Origin: Enoplolaimus lenunculus
Taxonomy: Eukaryota
Assembly: GCA_030248215.1 (NCBI GenBank)
Contig: JASANG010004046.1
Coordinates: 496,001-545,119, forward strand
Reading direction: 5' to 3'
Length of the DNA stretch: 49,119 nucleotides
In this document: positions 1-11,240 of the stretch, piece by piece
Layout: every line of letters begins with the position of its first letter
Position numbering within the stretch: position 1 is the stretch's first letter
The notes under the pieces: model-generated
Databases searched by the model: none
Seen by the model: only the letters and a program-made list of their open reading frames with translations
What the model was told of the DNA's origin: nothing
Program-made: the position numbers and the translations under genes

Positions 1-1
1 C

Positions 2-299
2 ATGCTTAACATGATAACGTGCTATTTACTCGGGGTTGAGAACAAACCAACACAAGGCAACGGTACTGAGCAATCCGGGTCAAAACCTAACCATAAACAA
101 TTTGCGTCGAGCGGTTCTGAGGCAGTGAACCAAGAAATAAAAAGCACCAGGTGTCAAGATGATATTTTGGCAAAAAGTTACGTCCGGTTGGATAAAGAAA
201 ATTTGCAGAGCGATGCTTGTGCAAGGAATAGCCGTAGTACAGAGAACAAACTCGAAAGCGGTGGCCCAAGCGCTGATTGGATATTTGTTGACGTTAAAG
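2..299 (+). CDS. Possible internal exon of an unidentified gene (truncated by window start)
   Basis: Open frame with hydrophilic low-complexity peptide (…SGGPSADWIFVDVK) ending at AAAG|GTATAT donor-like site; no family recognised. Confidence 0.35.
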
Positions 300-643
300 G
301 TATATATTTGTCTCGTGCCCTTTCCTACGCACACAGTTTTATAAATTTGCGACTTTGGCAAAGTTTCAGCGTTGAAGTTTAGGTTTCGTCTAGCTTAAAG
401 TTTAGGCCAAGTCTTACGCTTGCACATGTGCGGGAAATTGTACGAGTGTTCATTTTTGAGCTGCAGGAAAATATTGGAAATCTTTAAAAGGCCGAGACAT
501 GACGGTCGATCTGAAGTTGGATCGACCTGGTTCTGGGTTTACGCAGCCATATGTTAATTGATAAAAAGGTATCGGCCTAAAGGTGTGTTTCCTGGTAAAT
601 ACACTTCGTAAACATTTTACAGTGCACCCAGTGAGAAAATTAA

Positions 644-908
644 CCCCTTCTCACATTGAGTTACATGCAGGCAACTTAGCGCAGCGTATATACGTTAAAT
701 AGTATATATCGCACCGTGTTTAACAATTGCAACACGTATACATAGTACTAAATTACCACGAGACGTGCGAGCCCCCTCGGGCTCGAGCGTCAAGCTCCTA
801 TAGCTGAGTGGTGATTGTATACGCCTCCCACTCCAGTGACTGGGGTTCGAATCCTAGCAATAAAAGTAGGTCTCATTGGGAAATAGAAAATATTCATGTG
901 AGAAAGGG
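644..908. mobile_element. piggyBac-like MITE
   Basis: TTAA at 640-643 and 909-912; TIRs CCCCTTCTCACAT / ATGTGAGAAAGGG (12/13 match); CCC...GGG ends with TTAA TSD are piggyBac hallmarks. Confidence 0.8.
794..860 (+). other. tRNA-derived (SINE-head-like) segment with Pol III A and B boxes
   Basis: TAGCTGAGTGG (A box, 801-811) and GGTTCGAATCC (B box, 844-854); no complete cloverleaf evident. Confidence 0.6.
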
Positions 909-1152
909 TTAAGAACGATGAATGAACTTTACAAGTATTCAAAACTTCTCAGGTCGCAAGGCATTGACACCGTGTTTTCTATTGTGGAACGAGCAGTAAA
1001 CCGTGGACTTTAATTTTTACTATGTGTTCTTGCTTTTTGCAAACTGTATCTCCTAACATAAAAGTTGATTTTTGTAATCAATGGTTCTGTGAGAATAAGA
1101 ATTGCACAAAAACACGGCTGTTTGTCAACGTGTACTGTTCGATATGCTTTAG

Positions 1153-1865
1153 ACATCGCATACGGCCGAGCTACTAGCCCAACTTCAATGACCGTATCAG
1201 ACAAACTGTTTTCACCTGGTCAAAACAGCGATGGAGCACCCGTCGAAGGCTGGAGTGTGCTCCCTCCGGCTTGTTTCAATTCACAGGGGGTCGACATGGA
1301 TGATGTGTCATCACTGCCGCGAGTATTTTCAGGGGTGTTGGAAACGAGCAATTTTGAAAATCTTCTAATCGAACATCCAAGTCGTTCGGTTTACGCTTAT
1401 GCACCCACCAGCGCGACAACGCCATCGTTGGCAATACCGCATCGTTATAGTCACAACAGTGCCTCAAACAACAGTCACAACAACCACAATAATAATAATA
1501 ATAATAATAACAACAATAACAATAATAAAAACAACAAAAACAACAATCAAAATAAACAAAACAATGGGAAATATCGTAACGGTCGTCCACCTCCGCTGCG
1601 ATTTACAACAAATGCAATGCAGCGAACCGTGGATGGACGAGATAGTTCAGAAAAAGATGCAACACCATTTGTGGAAAGACGCCGCGAATTGACAGACTGG
1701 CATCAGCGGGAACCAATCAGAAATCGGCAAAAGCTGATCAACAATAATTTTGTAGATAAACGAAATCGGTGTCCACAAACCAGGGTATATCCGGATATTT
1801 ATCTCCAGAATATTTTACATTGCCAGATGTTTATTGCTAAAAAGTATAACTCAACTATATTTTAA
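1153..1865 (+). CDS. Possible terminal exon, Ser/Thr/Pro-rich with poly-Asn tract
   Basis: Part of 266-aa ORF; GCTTTAG acceptor at 1146-1152; long stop-free frame; no domain recognised. Confidence 0.35.
1466..1565. repeat. (AAT/AAC)n microsatellite
   Basis: aataataat...aacaataac run, read as poly-Asn on + strand. Confidence 0.85.
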
Positions 1866-2395
1866 ACTATTATTAATGAGCCAAATCAAAATAGCAAAAT
1901 TGGAACAATTTGTGGTAAATTATACTGAATTAGCGTGATTAAGCTTCTCTTTTTGTCTAATAAGCAGTTAAATATCTGGATCCGGTTATTGGATTTTTTG
2001 CTATTCCTCTTGCTCTTATACCTTGCAGAAAAAACAGAGCTAGCAAAATTGCTTTTGTAGTGGTAAAGACGATTGTATAGGTATGTTATGGTCATGGGTG
2101 CAATACTTGTAAAAATATCACGCCAGGTTTTATTCAGTGTTATATTTTGGGCGACCCCCTGTTCAAAATTTTAGCATTCAGCACCTTAAAATGAGATATG
2201 CTCTCTGCGTCGGAAAGATTTATTCAGACAGTACGAGTACATCTACTGAACAAAAGACTTGTAGTTTACGTATTAAATTCTGTAATGACGTATGAACATG
2301 CAGCCGTGCTTACGTTTATCTCAACTAACGAATGGGGCGCCCTTAACGTATGGCCCTGTGCCATATTACAGTAATGGTCTATGTAACTACAAAGG

Positions 2396-2476
2396 ATGCC
2401 TAAGCTCAATCATAAGCCTGGGCCTAAATATAAACGTAATCCTAGGCCTAAGCCGAATCCTAAAAATAAGCCTAAA
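2396..2476. repeat. Degenerate GCCTAA-like hexamer tract
   Basis: gcctaagc, ggcctaaa, cctaggcctaag, aagcctaaag; resembles reverse complement of the nematode telomere unit TTAGGC but heavily decayed. Confidence 0.4.
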
Positions 2477-2875
2477 GTTCGCATTCTCCAATTGTCCAAT
2501 TCCTTTATCTCCCAGTGGGCAGGCCGCTATACCTGACATAGGCCAAAGCAAGCATGCAGGTATAATGGTAAGTGGTTATGGTTAGCATTTGCTAGTATCA
2601 AAATAACTATTATATGTAGTATTTTTCATGTAGATGTAATCAAGTAGGTATTTCGCTAGTTCTGTATACTTTTAACTCGATTGTGTAGCAGCGGAGTAAA
2701 CTAATCAGAAGATCTTAATTCCGTAAAAGTTGAAGCCACTGCAAATTCCGTTATTTTACGACGTAAACAGAACTATTATCGCCAACAGATTCTAACAATG
2801 GTGTTTCTTGAGGATTGAAACATAAACAATCGTTCAATAAAACGATATTTTGAACGCATTTAAAGATTCAAACAG

Positions 2876-3762
2876 GTATGTACGACAATTCTTCTCACAA
2901 CATCTTGTCGACCCCGACAACTTGTCGCCCGGCCAACTTGGCGCCACCGACAACTTGTAACCCGTCGACCCCGACAACTTGTCGCCCAGACAACTCGTCA
3001 AGGACGGGCGACAATTTGCCGACAACGAAAACTTGTCGCCCCGACAACTCGTTGAACCCGATAACATAGTGCGAAGACCAATGGTATGACGGCACAAGCT
3101 TTCGAGACATGTATGGTGTGTGTCTGGTTGAATATGTTGAACACTGTGACAAACGTTCTATCCGCAACCAAATCTCTACTTCGAACGAGCTGTTGCATAC
3201 TTGTGCATAGTACACGAACAAAAAAAGCAACATACGTTTTCCATCCTGGTTTTAGTCATGATCTATAAACAGGCTTGTAGCCAGTTCACCTTGCTAAGGG
3301 TAAAGGACCTAAAATTATTTCAGGAGGGGTCATACAAGGTTTTACAGGCAATATTGAAAATTTTCTAGGGGGGCTGAAATTTTTCCTGTGGTAGGGGGTG
3401 TGCCCCCTTAGCCCCCAGGCTACGGGCCAGGCTAGAAAACTATTACCCTCGACCATTTGTGTTAGTTGCGGTGGTATAGATCGTGGGAACGAGCGTAAAA
3501 TATTTACATTTGTAACCAAAAATTTGTAATGATCGTGGGAACTGATCTGTACCTAATAGTGGACGGCAAAATGTCGGGTCGACGAGTTGTCGCGGTTGCC
3601 AAGTTGTCATATTGACGAGTTGTTGAGGTCGACCAGGTGTCCGGGCGACAAGTTGTTGGGTCGACGAGTAGTGGGGTCGCCGAGTTGTCGACGACGACGA
3701 AATGTCAGACTGCGAATTGTCGGTCTACGTATAAATTGTCGGGCGGCGAACTGCCGTGATAC
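2876..3762. mobile_element. Foldback-type non-autonomous element with arms built from ~16-bp subrepeats
   Basis: Left arm (~2876-3065) tandem CGACAACTTGTCGCCC; right arm (~3570-3762) the reverse complement (GGGCGACAAGTTGT, CGACGAGTTGTCG). Confidence 0.75.
3270..3430. mobile_element. hAT-like MITE nested in the foldback element
   Basis: Ends CAGGCTTGTAGCC / GGCTACGGGCCAG; flanking 8-mers TCTATAAA and GCTAGAAA (6/8) suggest decayed 8-bp TSD. Confidence 0.6.
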
Positions 3763-6184
3763 TTTCAAACAGTGTATATAAAGCGCTTGTTTTGTAACCG
3801 AAGAAACTCAAAATAAAATTGTGACGTAATAAAGCGCATAAAACCAATATCTGAGTGTATATATTGAACTCCACTTTGTTAATTCTACTGAATTGATTCA
3901 GGATGAGTTGAATTACTGAGTATGAATTAGGCCATTCTGAGCTCAAAATTTTGAATTAATTTAACTCAATCTGAGTTAACTAATCAACTCACCCGGAATT
4001 AAATCAGCTCAGACTGAGTTAATGTTTACTGTTATTAACGCCGAAATAACCAAAAATGACTAATTCGGTTTCTGAGTAGTTGATTAATCAACTCATTGGA
4101 ATTTACTGTGTAATAATTTTCCCGTTAGGAGCTATAAGTATTTGTTTACTCCCTGCACGTTTGACATGAATTATAATTGCTTTATTTGTTTTTTATTTTG
4201 ATTTTTTCCTTTGGTTTGTTTTACAATATTTACTTGAAGAATCTTAAACTGGCTGTGCTATTAAACATTAAGTAACTTTAATGCGCTTGAGCTGATGTAA
4301 ACATGTAAATCTTCTTGATCTTATAAACAGAGTTACGATAAATTTTAGCTTACAGTACAGCCCGCAATCAGATCAGGCTTGCATGTCTCTTCTAAGAACT
4401 TTTAGTTCTCTATGTTGAGCCTGCTACGGGTCTGTGTTTTAATTTAACGTAAACGTTTCGGGTTATGTGTGACTACAGCTCAAAAATCGTTCTGTGGTCT
4501 CAACCAAAGGAAATGTAAGAAATTAAGCTGTTAATATGAGAAGCTGAATTGACAGTCTGCTGGTACCGCAGGTATAAGTACTATTTTTGAATTTAGGTAA
4601 CGTTGAAATGTCGACATATTCAACGGAACATCGGTATTGTAGTTCATTGTGTATAGTTTGTATTTTGTCTGATCTTCATTCGTAAACGAGTTTGCATTTT
4701 ATTTAATATACGAACGAAAACAAAAACGCTGTGTTGCCTTTCATGCGATGCACATTCCGTGATTAATAAAGCACTGCAGGTGCCGCTAAAGTTTCTGTGA
4801 TGTCTTTGCGCGGTTTAGAGTCAAATCGCAGCTGAACATTACTCTTATCTTTCTTCACATGTGGGACCGTAATTTTGAATGAGAATTCTATGAGTTCACT
4901 GGCTTCGACACGGGCCCGTTGCAAAGAGGGCCAAGGGAAGGGACTAAATTTTTGCGTTGAATGATGCGTGTGAATATGTGTGCACAACGTGGGTTTATAA
5001 ATGTGAGCGCGTGTACTACCGTAAGGTCCTGATATCCATACGTGCAAGACGTAAATTTAGGTTGGGGGGGAGCGTTAGTTCAACGCGGAATATCCTTGAA
5101 ATTTGATTAATTATATAAGTACACTAATAAAAATATAAACGGAGCAATCTGTTTACATATAAAAATCAGAAAATTAACTCTTGAATGTATAGACAACTAT
5201 TACTTTTAATGAAGAAATTTGTCTCATAAAAATTGGCAGCAGTAATTTTTTGAATATAAAACATTCATATTTTATCCATTTCAGACACGAGTTTCGCGTT
5301 GTTTAAGGTTAGAAATGTTTGAAATACCACACCTTTATGTGTTGAAAATTTAAGAAAGCAGTAGTGTTGAAATTTCAACACAATTTTCGTTCTCTGTGTA
5401 GCTAGCATTTCTTTAGTAATACACAGTTATGAATATATAATATTTCGCTACTCTAGATCATCCAACTTGAAATCATTGGTTAAGGCTATATATACCAATT
5501 TCCAAATATTTCCGAGCAGTCTGGTGACCAACCAATTGAAAAACATCAGCGATACGTCGCTTATGGCTTGCATACGGTCTTAAATAGTACCATACCAAGA
5601 TGGTTTAAAGTTATCAATCTTTAGATTCCTTGAAAAGTGTCTCGAATTCACACTAATTTTGACACAATACAAAACGAAGTTGAAATATTTGATTGTTTTA
5701 TAGTTTCACAACTGAAGTTACTCGTAGTCACAACCAAAAGCTTGTTCAGGAATGTGCTAACAAGTGCCGAATTGCAGAAATAGTTTTTTCGTCAACCGCG
5801 TGTAGTTATAATTGCTGTCTGCTGAACCTTATTCCCACTACCCTTAAAAATTATCATTTGGGACTGCTGCTACCATTACGTTATTTAAAAACGTTTGAAA
5901 TGAATAGATTCTTGTGACAATTTCGAATTGAACTGAATGTCTTAGTATTTTTCCTATTGTACTTGAAATTAAAATTTTAGTTGGGCGGTTGCCAGCAGTA
6001 TATATATACGTTCTACGAATCATACTATTATGTACAAATTCTCTTTATATGCTGCTTTCGCATTTTATATTGTATGTTTCATTTTTTTCGCAAGCCATAT
6101 TTTTGCATAAATAATTAAAAGGAGAAAACGGACGGCGTGGAGCCGATGGCAACACTTTGTCTTTAACATGCTTATCAATTTAAG

Positions 6185-6650
6185 GGCCAATGTTACTCTT
6201 AGGGGCGTCCCGCTTTCCCGCGAGACAGCATCAGGCCATCACTCCTGCCCATATATTTGTGCTGGGACGGATGGATAGCTTCGAGCCTATTTTTTGCTGG
6301 GTTGTCCGGGTCAGCCGGGACAGCTCCGGGGGGTGTCTCCGCTGGGTCGGGCGGGACAGGGGCGGACCCGCCCCCCTTTTTTTTTGCTGGGGCGGGCGGG
6401 GGCGGCGGGACCGCCACCACGCCCCTTCTTGGGTGGGGGGGGGGGGGGGGCAGGACGCCCTTGCTTTTTTCGGGGGGGGGGGGGGGGGGGGACCCGCTCA
6501 CCTTGTGCTTTTTTTTCGAGACGGTCGGAACAGCGGGGGCGCTGCTCCTTCTTTTTGTTGGGGGGGGGGGGGCAGCCGGGGGAGCTTCGCCCCTCTCTTT
6601 CTTTGGGGCCGGCGGGAACCGCCGGGACCGCAGCCTCTTTTTTTTTGCCC
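6185..6650. repeat. Left arm of inverted repeat flanking the LTR element (homopolymer-distorted)
   Basis: GGCCAATGTTACTCTTAGGGGCGTCCC is the near-exact reverse complement of GGGACGCCCCTCAGAGTAACATGGGCC at ~16438-16464; CCGGGACAGCT and CGGTCGGAACAGC also mirror the right arm. Confidence 0.7.
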
Positions 6651-7406
6651 GTGTAGGTGGCTGTGCCACACTTAAACCTATTTCAAACTAAAAACTAAAA
6701 CTAAAATAAAACCCTATATCAAAACCACACCTTAAGGGAGTTCCTGGCTCCACCTAGTCTCTCTTAGAACTTAAGTTAGGCTTAGGCGTTGCTACAAGGC
6801 GTAGAAATTGGTAAAACTATGCTATGGCGGCTGTGTCCGCAATGTAAACTTACCTGGGGCCCTGCGTGGCCATAGAATGGTATTGATTAATGGTTCATAT
6901 CGTGCTGGCCTAATCTGCGCTTAACGACATAGCTAGGCTATGTCAGCACCAAAAATGGTGCTTTATATTGTGTGTCTCCGGCATGGTTGTTGTTGTTGTT
7001 GTAGTACCGGTTGGGTGGCTCTCGACCTCGACCGCATTGCGGACACCCAATTGTGGGTGTCGGCAAAAATGCAAATGAGGTCGAGATGCCGATATGGGTA
7101 GCCAGGACCGGAATCAGTATTATCTTCTTGGTGGTTGAAAACGGTTGTTATTTTTGGTGCGCTACAAGTGTTTTTATTTATCGGTATTACTAGGTTTTAC
7201 GGTTGATCGAGCGAGACTGGTGTAAGTAGGGCTTAACGGATTTAAATTAAGAATTGTCACGGTGGCATAGGATGTGAAGGAAATCAGGCATCACGGATTT
7301 TATTGGTGTTGCGCAGGGCGCAGGATCTACCCAGTATCGGATACTGGTGTTATGTGCTAAAAGGAAATTTGGGGTATTAAAGGAAACCTGGGGAAAAGTA
7401 GTCTAG

Positions 7407-7551
7407 TAAATCTAACGGGGTTAGATTTATTATTCTACAACGGTTGGGCCAAATCTAACGGGGTTAGATTGGTCGGAAATTTGGTGTAACTCTAACGGGG
7501 TTAGAGTACACGGTTTAACGGGGTGTAATTCTAACGGGGTTAGAATTGCAC
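7407..7551 (+). promoter_or_regulatory. Cluster of four hairpins with TCTAAC-GGG-GTTAGA core in the 5' LTR
   Basis: Inverted repeats at 7407-7429, 7449-7472, 7484-7511, 7523-7551; outer stems differ between copies but stay complementary. Structure is observed, function is inferred. Confidence 0.6.
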
Positions 7552-7642
7552 GGATTCTGGAAAACGGCAAAAGTATTTGGTACGGTAAAGCCAGTGGCTG
7601 GATTAAATCAGATTCAGACGTCGGCTTTAAGGATTCCGGCTC

Positions 7643-7848
7643 GGGTTACCAGTTAAATTACATAACCTGTGATTTGCTGGCCTTTAATTTGGGTATTTCG
7701 TGTCTTACGGTTCGGGTACCAGTAAATTGCATAACCTGTGATTTGCTGGCCTTAATTTCGGTTATTTTGTGTCCCACAGGTCGCGGGTACCAGTTAAATT
7801 ACATAACCTGTGATTTGCTGGCCTTAAATTTGGGTATTTTGTGTGTCA
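7643..7848 (+). repeat. Three ~70-bp tandem repeats in the LTR
   Basis: GGGT(T)ACCAGT(T)AAATT(A/G)CATAACCTGTGATTTGCTGGCCTT...TATTT x3; also in the 3' LTR (~15569-15775). Confidence 0.85.
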
Positions 7849-7987
7849 TACGGGTTGCGGGTTGGGATTTATAATAAACATTTACCGGCCGCGTTTTACT
7901 AAATCAGAGCGAATAGCATACATCGAGAAAAGAACTATACAGGCGATACAGGATACAGGCTTAAGTCTAAATCACGAACTTCTCACA

Positions 7988-7999
7988 TGGTGACCACGA
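7988..7999 (+). promoter_or_regulatory. Primer binding site
   Basis: TGGTGACCACGA immediately after LTR CA; complementary to a tRNA 3' end ...GUGGUCA-CCA (tRNA-Trp or tRNA-Arg type; identity not confirmed). Confidence 0.85.
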
Positions 8000-8084
8000 T
8001 GGTCTCGATGCTGATTTAGTTGGTGGTCGGTGTGAAAGGAAATAGTTGGAAAAAGGAGAAAGGAATTTCTGGGTGTAAAAGGAA

Positions 8085-8830
8085 AAGGCTGTTGTTGGAA
8101 ATACAGGATCTGAACGATCGTGTAAAAGGCTGTTATTGGAAACACAGGATCTGAACGATCGTGTTGTGGAAAATAACAGGGAGTACAGGCTGAAAAGGAA
8201 ACTGGGCTGTGAGTATCTACTGCGCGAAAGGGCAACAGATACTGACATTATTGGATAGTACAGGCTAAAGGCTGTTGTTGGAAATACAGGATCTGAACGA
8301 TCGTGTAAAAGGCTGTTATTGGAAACACAGGATCTGAACGATCGTGTTGTGGAAAATAACAGGGAGTACAGGCTCAAAAAGAACGAAAGAAAGGGGCTGT
8401 GAGTATCTACTGCGCGAAAGGGCAACAGATACTGACATTATTGGATAGTACAGGCTAAAGGCTGTTGTTGGAAATACAGGATCTGAACGATCGTGTAAAA
8501 GGCTGTTATTGGAAACACAGGATCTGAACGATCGTGTTGTGGAAAATAACAGGGAGTACAGGCTGAAAAGGAAACCGGGCTGTGAGTATCTACTGCGCGA
8601 AAGGGCAACAGATACTGACATTATTGGATAATACAGGCTAAAGGCTGAATTAGTTGGACAATACGAGGATCTGACGATCGTGTAAAAGGCTGGAACTACA
8701 CAGGATCTGAACGATCGTGTTGATGGATGAAATAACAGGGAGTACAGGCTGAAAAGGAAACCGGGCTGTGAGTATCTACTATCTGCGCGAAAGGGCAACG
8801 GATACTGACATTACTGGATAATACAGGCTG
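8085..8830 (+). repeat. ~183-bp tandem array (about 4 copies) in the retroelement leader
   Basis: Unit starts AAGGCTG at ~8085, 8268, 8458, 8641; each contains a duplicated ~41-bp subunit ...ACAGGATCTGAACGATCGTGT. Confidence 0.9.
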
Positions 8831-9722
8831 TGCAAGTCTCTCTCGAATACTCCGTAATTAGTTCGACAGTTATACTTGAGGCTGTGCCGCAAGTACGTGG
8901 AACTAGTTCAGGAACAGGCGAATTGGAAGTGAAAATTCTCGGGGTGAAGAGACGAAAATTGGAAAAAACGGTCAGAAACTGGTGAAATTGGCATACTTAG
9001 GAGCTATTGTGTTCGTAAGTACCGGGTTAAAATTTGAAACGGAACGGTTACAGGCATCGGCAGTATTGGTCAAAAACATCTGAAAAATTGTCAAAAATTC
9101 AGTTGTTTTTGGACCTGGTGAAGTGAAAAGGTGCGAGAAAGGCAAAAAGGATACGGCATTGAACTCAGGGCATATCAAGGACGGAAGTAAACCCTTAACA
9201 CTTGCGCTATAAGGGTTTACGGAAATTTCGGTTGGCGTCGGCACGAGATCTAGGTACTTGTAACAAGTAGCTAGCTAATAAGGAGCAATCTCGGGTGAAA
9301 ACCGGAGCTGAAAGTTGGCCTGACGCGAGATAGCGGCTGGCGAACGTGAATAAAAGTTGGAAAGGAGTTCAAGGAACGATTCAGGAGCATTTTGCTTGGG
9401 GCTACGCCACAAGTTTTCAAATCGGGTGCCGTATTCAGTGAGTGAATAAGGCTGTGAAACGAAATCTCGGGAGTAGCTAAGTGAAAAGGTCGAAAAATCG
9501 TCGAAGGTGCTTGGGGCTGAAACAATTAGGAACTGTATAGTTCGTAAATACCCAGAGCACGTTCTTGGAAGAAATTTTGAATCGGGCGAAAAGTTTCGGG
9601 CCAAAAATTACGAAAAATTGGCCGGTCAGAAAAGTGGTGTTTTATATATATAAAACACAATAACACTGGTGTGGGAAATAGTTTACAGAGATTGGCTGAA
9701 AGTACGATTTCGGAAAAGGAGA

Positions 9723-11240
9723 ATGCCGTTGTACAGGACCCCAACTACGACGGTAGAACAGGAAGCGGTAGCAAGGGCTACGGCGCGTGAAAGCAGGGTG
9801 ACAACACGAAGTATGTCACGCGAGCTTCAGGCAGAACCGGGTAAAGAAATCGAGGAGATTTCGTTACCAAGTACAATGTGTCGTCAGGAATCATTTGAAT
9901 CAGTATTCCAGACGAATGGGAATGGCATATCCGGGCAATCGACTATGATTGCGCGAGGAGCACAGGTGACGGAGACAAGGGCGCCGGATCTAACGATGTT
10001 AGACGGGCAGTATACCGGAATGAGAGCGCAAGAGGATGCAGGCATACGGCAAGGGAGTCATAGACTCGCTTATGCATCGGAGGGAAGCACAGGACATGGC
10101 GGTGTTGTAGATTCAGGCATGTCCTATCCTCGGATGACAGCGGAATATCAGAACGAGAGACAGGATCTGGAGGATTCGGGCGTATGTCGACCAGAACCGA
10201 GATACGCAATACCGAATCCGGCTATGATGGAAGGAAATAGTTCAGAAACAGGTATGAGATGGACTCAGGCTTATAGCGGGACGGAACCGTCACGCAGGAT
10301 AAATATGATTAGGCCGCATCCACAGTTAGAAATGGATGGGCCGCTGGCAAACTGGTCGGTGGAACAACGCATGTCCATGGGACATGGGTTACAGCGACAA
10401 CAGGCTTCCACCCAGGTGCAAGGAATAGGAGCACGGAGCCAGGATAGTGTGAAGGCAGTGGAAGAAGATAGAGGTCGCAGTCCGGGGGTGCCTCAGGCAC
10501 GCTCGAGGGCGACGTCTATTCAGGAATCAGAAGAGGAGGAGGACGAAATCAAGGAATTGACTCGGGCATTCGAACGGGGTCTGAAGTCGAAACATAGTGA
10601 GAAGTTTCGAAAGTTGTGGAGTAAATTGGAAAGTGAAATGGGTCAGAGGCCGGAGTCAAGGCAGAGTCACAGATCAGGCAGAGTGAGTCGGATGTCGAAT
10701 AAGGACGACGTTAACCGGCAATCTGTGACAAAGGAGTACCCGGAAGCTACGCGAATGCATGGAGCGGGGGAACAAGCCTGCTCGATGTCGATGGGAAATC
10801 AGGAGATGCCGAAAGGAGGGGTGGCACCCCACCCTGTCCCTATGGGCTACCGACAGGCGAGTTATCCGGTGTTGACCCAACCATTGGCGGGGAATGCATA
10901 TCAGACATTTCCGGCACAACCAGGAGTGGCTCCGCAAGCGAACGCAAGTTGGCAAGAACCGGTCATGCAAACACCGAGGATGACGGGTTTTGCGGAGATG
11001 CCACAGTTACAGGCAATGGGGAACATGGCAAATCGGGTACCACAGTATACCACAGATCGTGGTGAAAATGCCGCAGAAGTTGCCGTTGCAAAATTTCGAA
11101 GGCAAGTCAGACTTTGGAATTTGGTACAGGAAATTTGAACGGGTGATGCAAACGGCTAAAATTGTCGACAGCGAGTCCAAATAAATCACTTCAGATCATG
11201 TGAAAGGACTGGCTGATCAGTATTTTGGAAAGGTTATGGG
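9723..11240 (+). pseudogene. gag: Disrupted, truncated gag-like ORF
   Basis: ATG 9723 (MPLYRTP...RVTTRSMSR), long disordered N-terminus; frameshift near 11050 leads into LPLQNFEGKSDFGIWYRKFERVMQTAKIVDSESK*ITSDHVKGLADQYF, matching the PxFxG..D...W...FE...LxGxA..F capsid N-terminal pattern of Ty3/Gypsy gag; in-frame TAA at 11182-11184; no zinc knuckle follows. Confidence 0.7.

Larger units (their letters stand above)
6652..7987 (+). repeat. 5' LTR
   Basis: Starts TGTAGGTGGCTGTGCC, ends CTTCTCACA; colinear with 14577-15913; AATAAA at 7873-7878. Confidence 0.95.

Noticed and set aside
794..860. Functional tRNA gene
   Set aside because: A and B boxes are present, but acceptor and anticodon stems do not form and it lies inside a MITE
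4763..5047. Minus-strand VWISGPYGS resembling the GPYG motif of NOX/ferric reductases
   Set aside because: Only a few residues match; no following GxGxTP motif or convincing splice context
6190..6691. Pro/Gly/Lys-rich ORFs on both strands
   Set aside because: The region is a homopolymer-inflated mirror of the repeat at 16180-16465, most likely base-calling error in a GC-rich repeat, not a gene
6775..6788. Telomeric TTAGGC repeats in the LTR
   Set aside because: Only two units; too short to imply telomere targeting
7967..8798. Minus-strand repeated ORFs (MPFRAVDTHSP...)
   Set aside because: Products of the ~183-bp leader repeat, with non-ATG starts and frame switching
7407..8830. CRISPR-like repeats in the LTR and leader
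   Set aside because: Irregular short spacing or fully tandem units, located inside a retroelement, no cas genes
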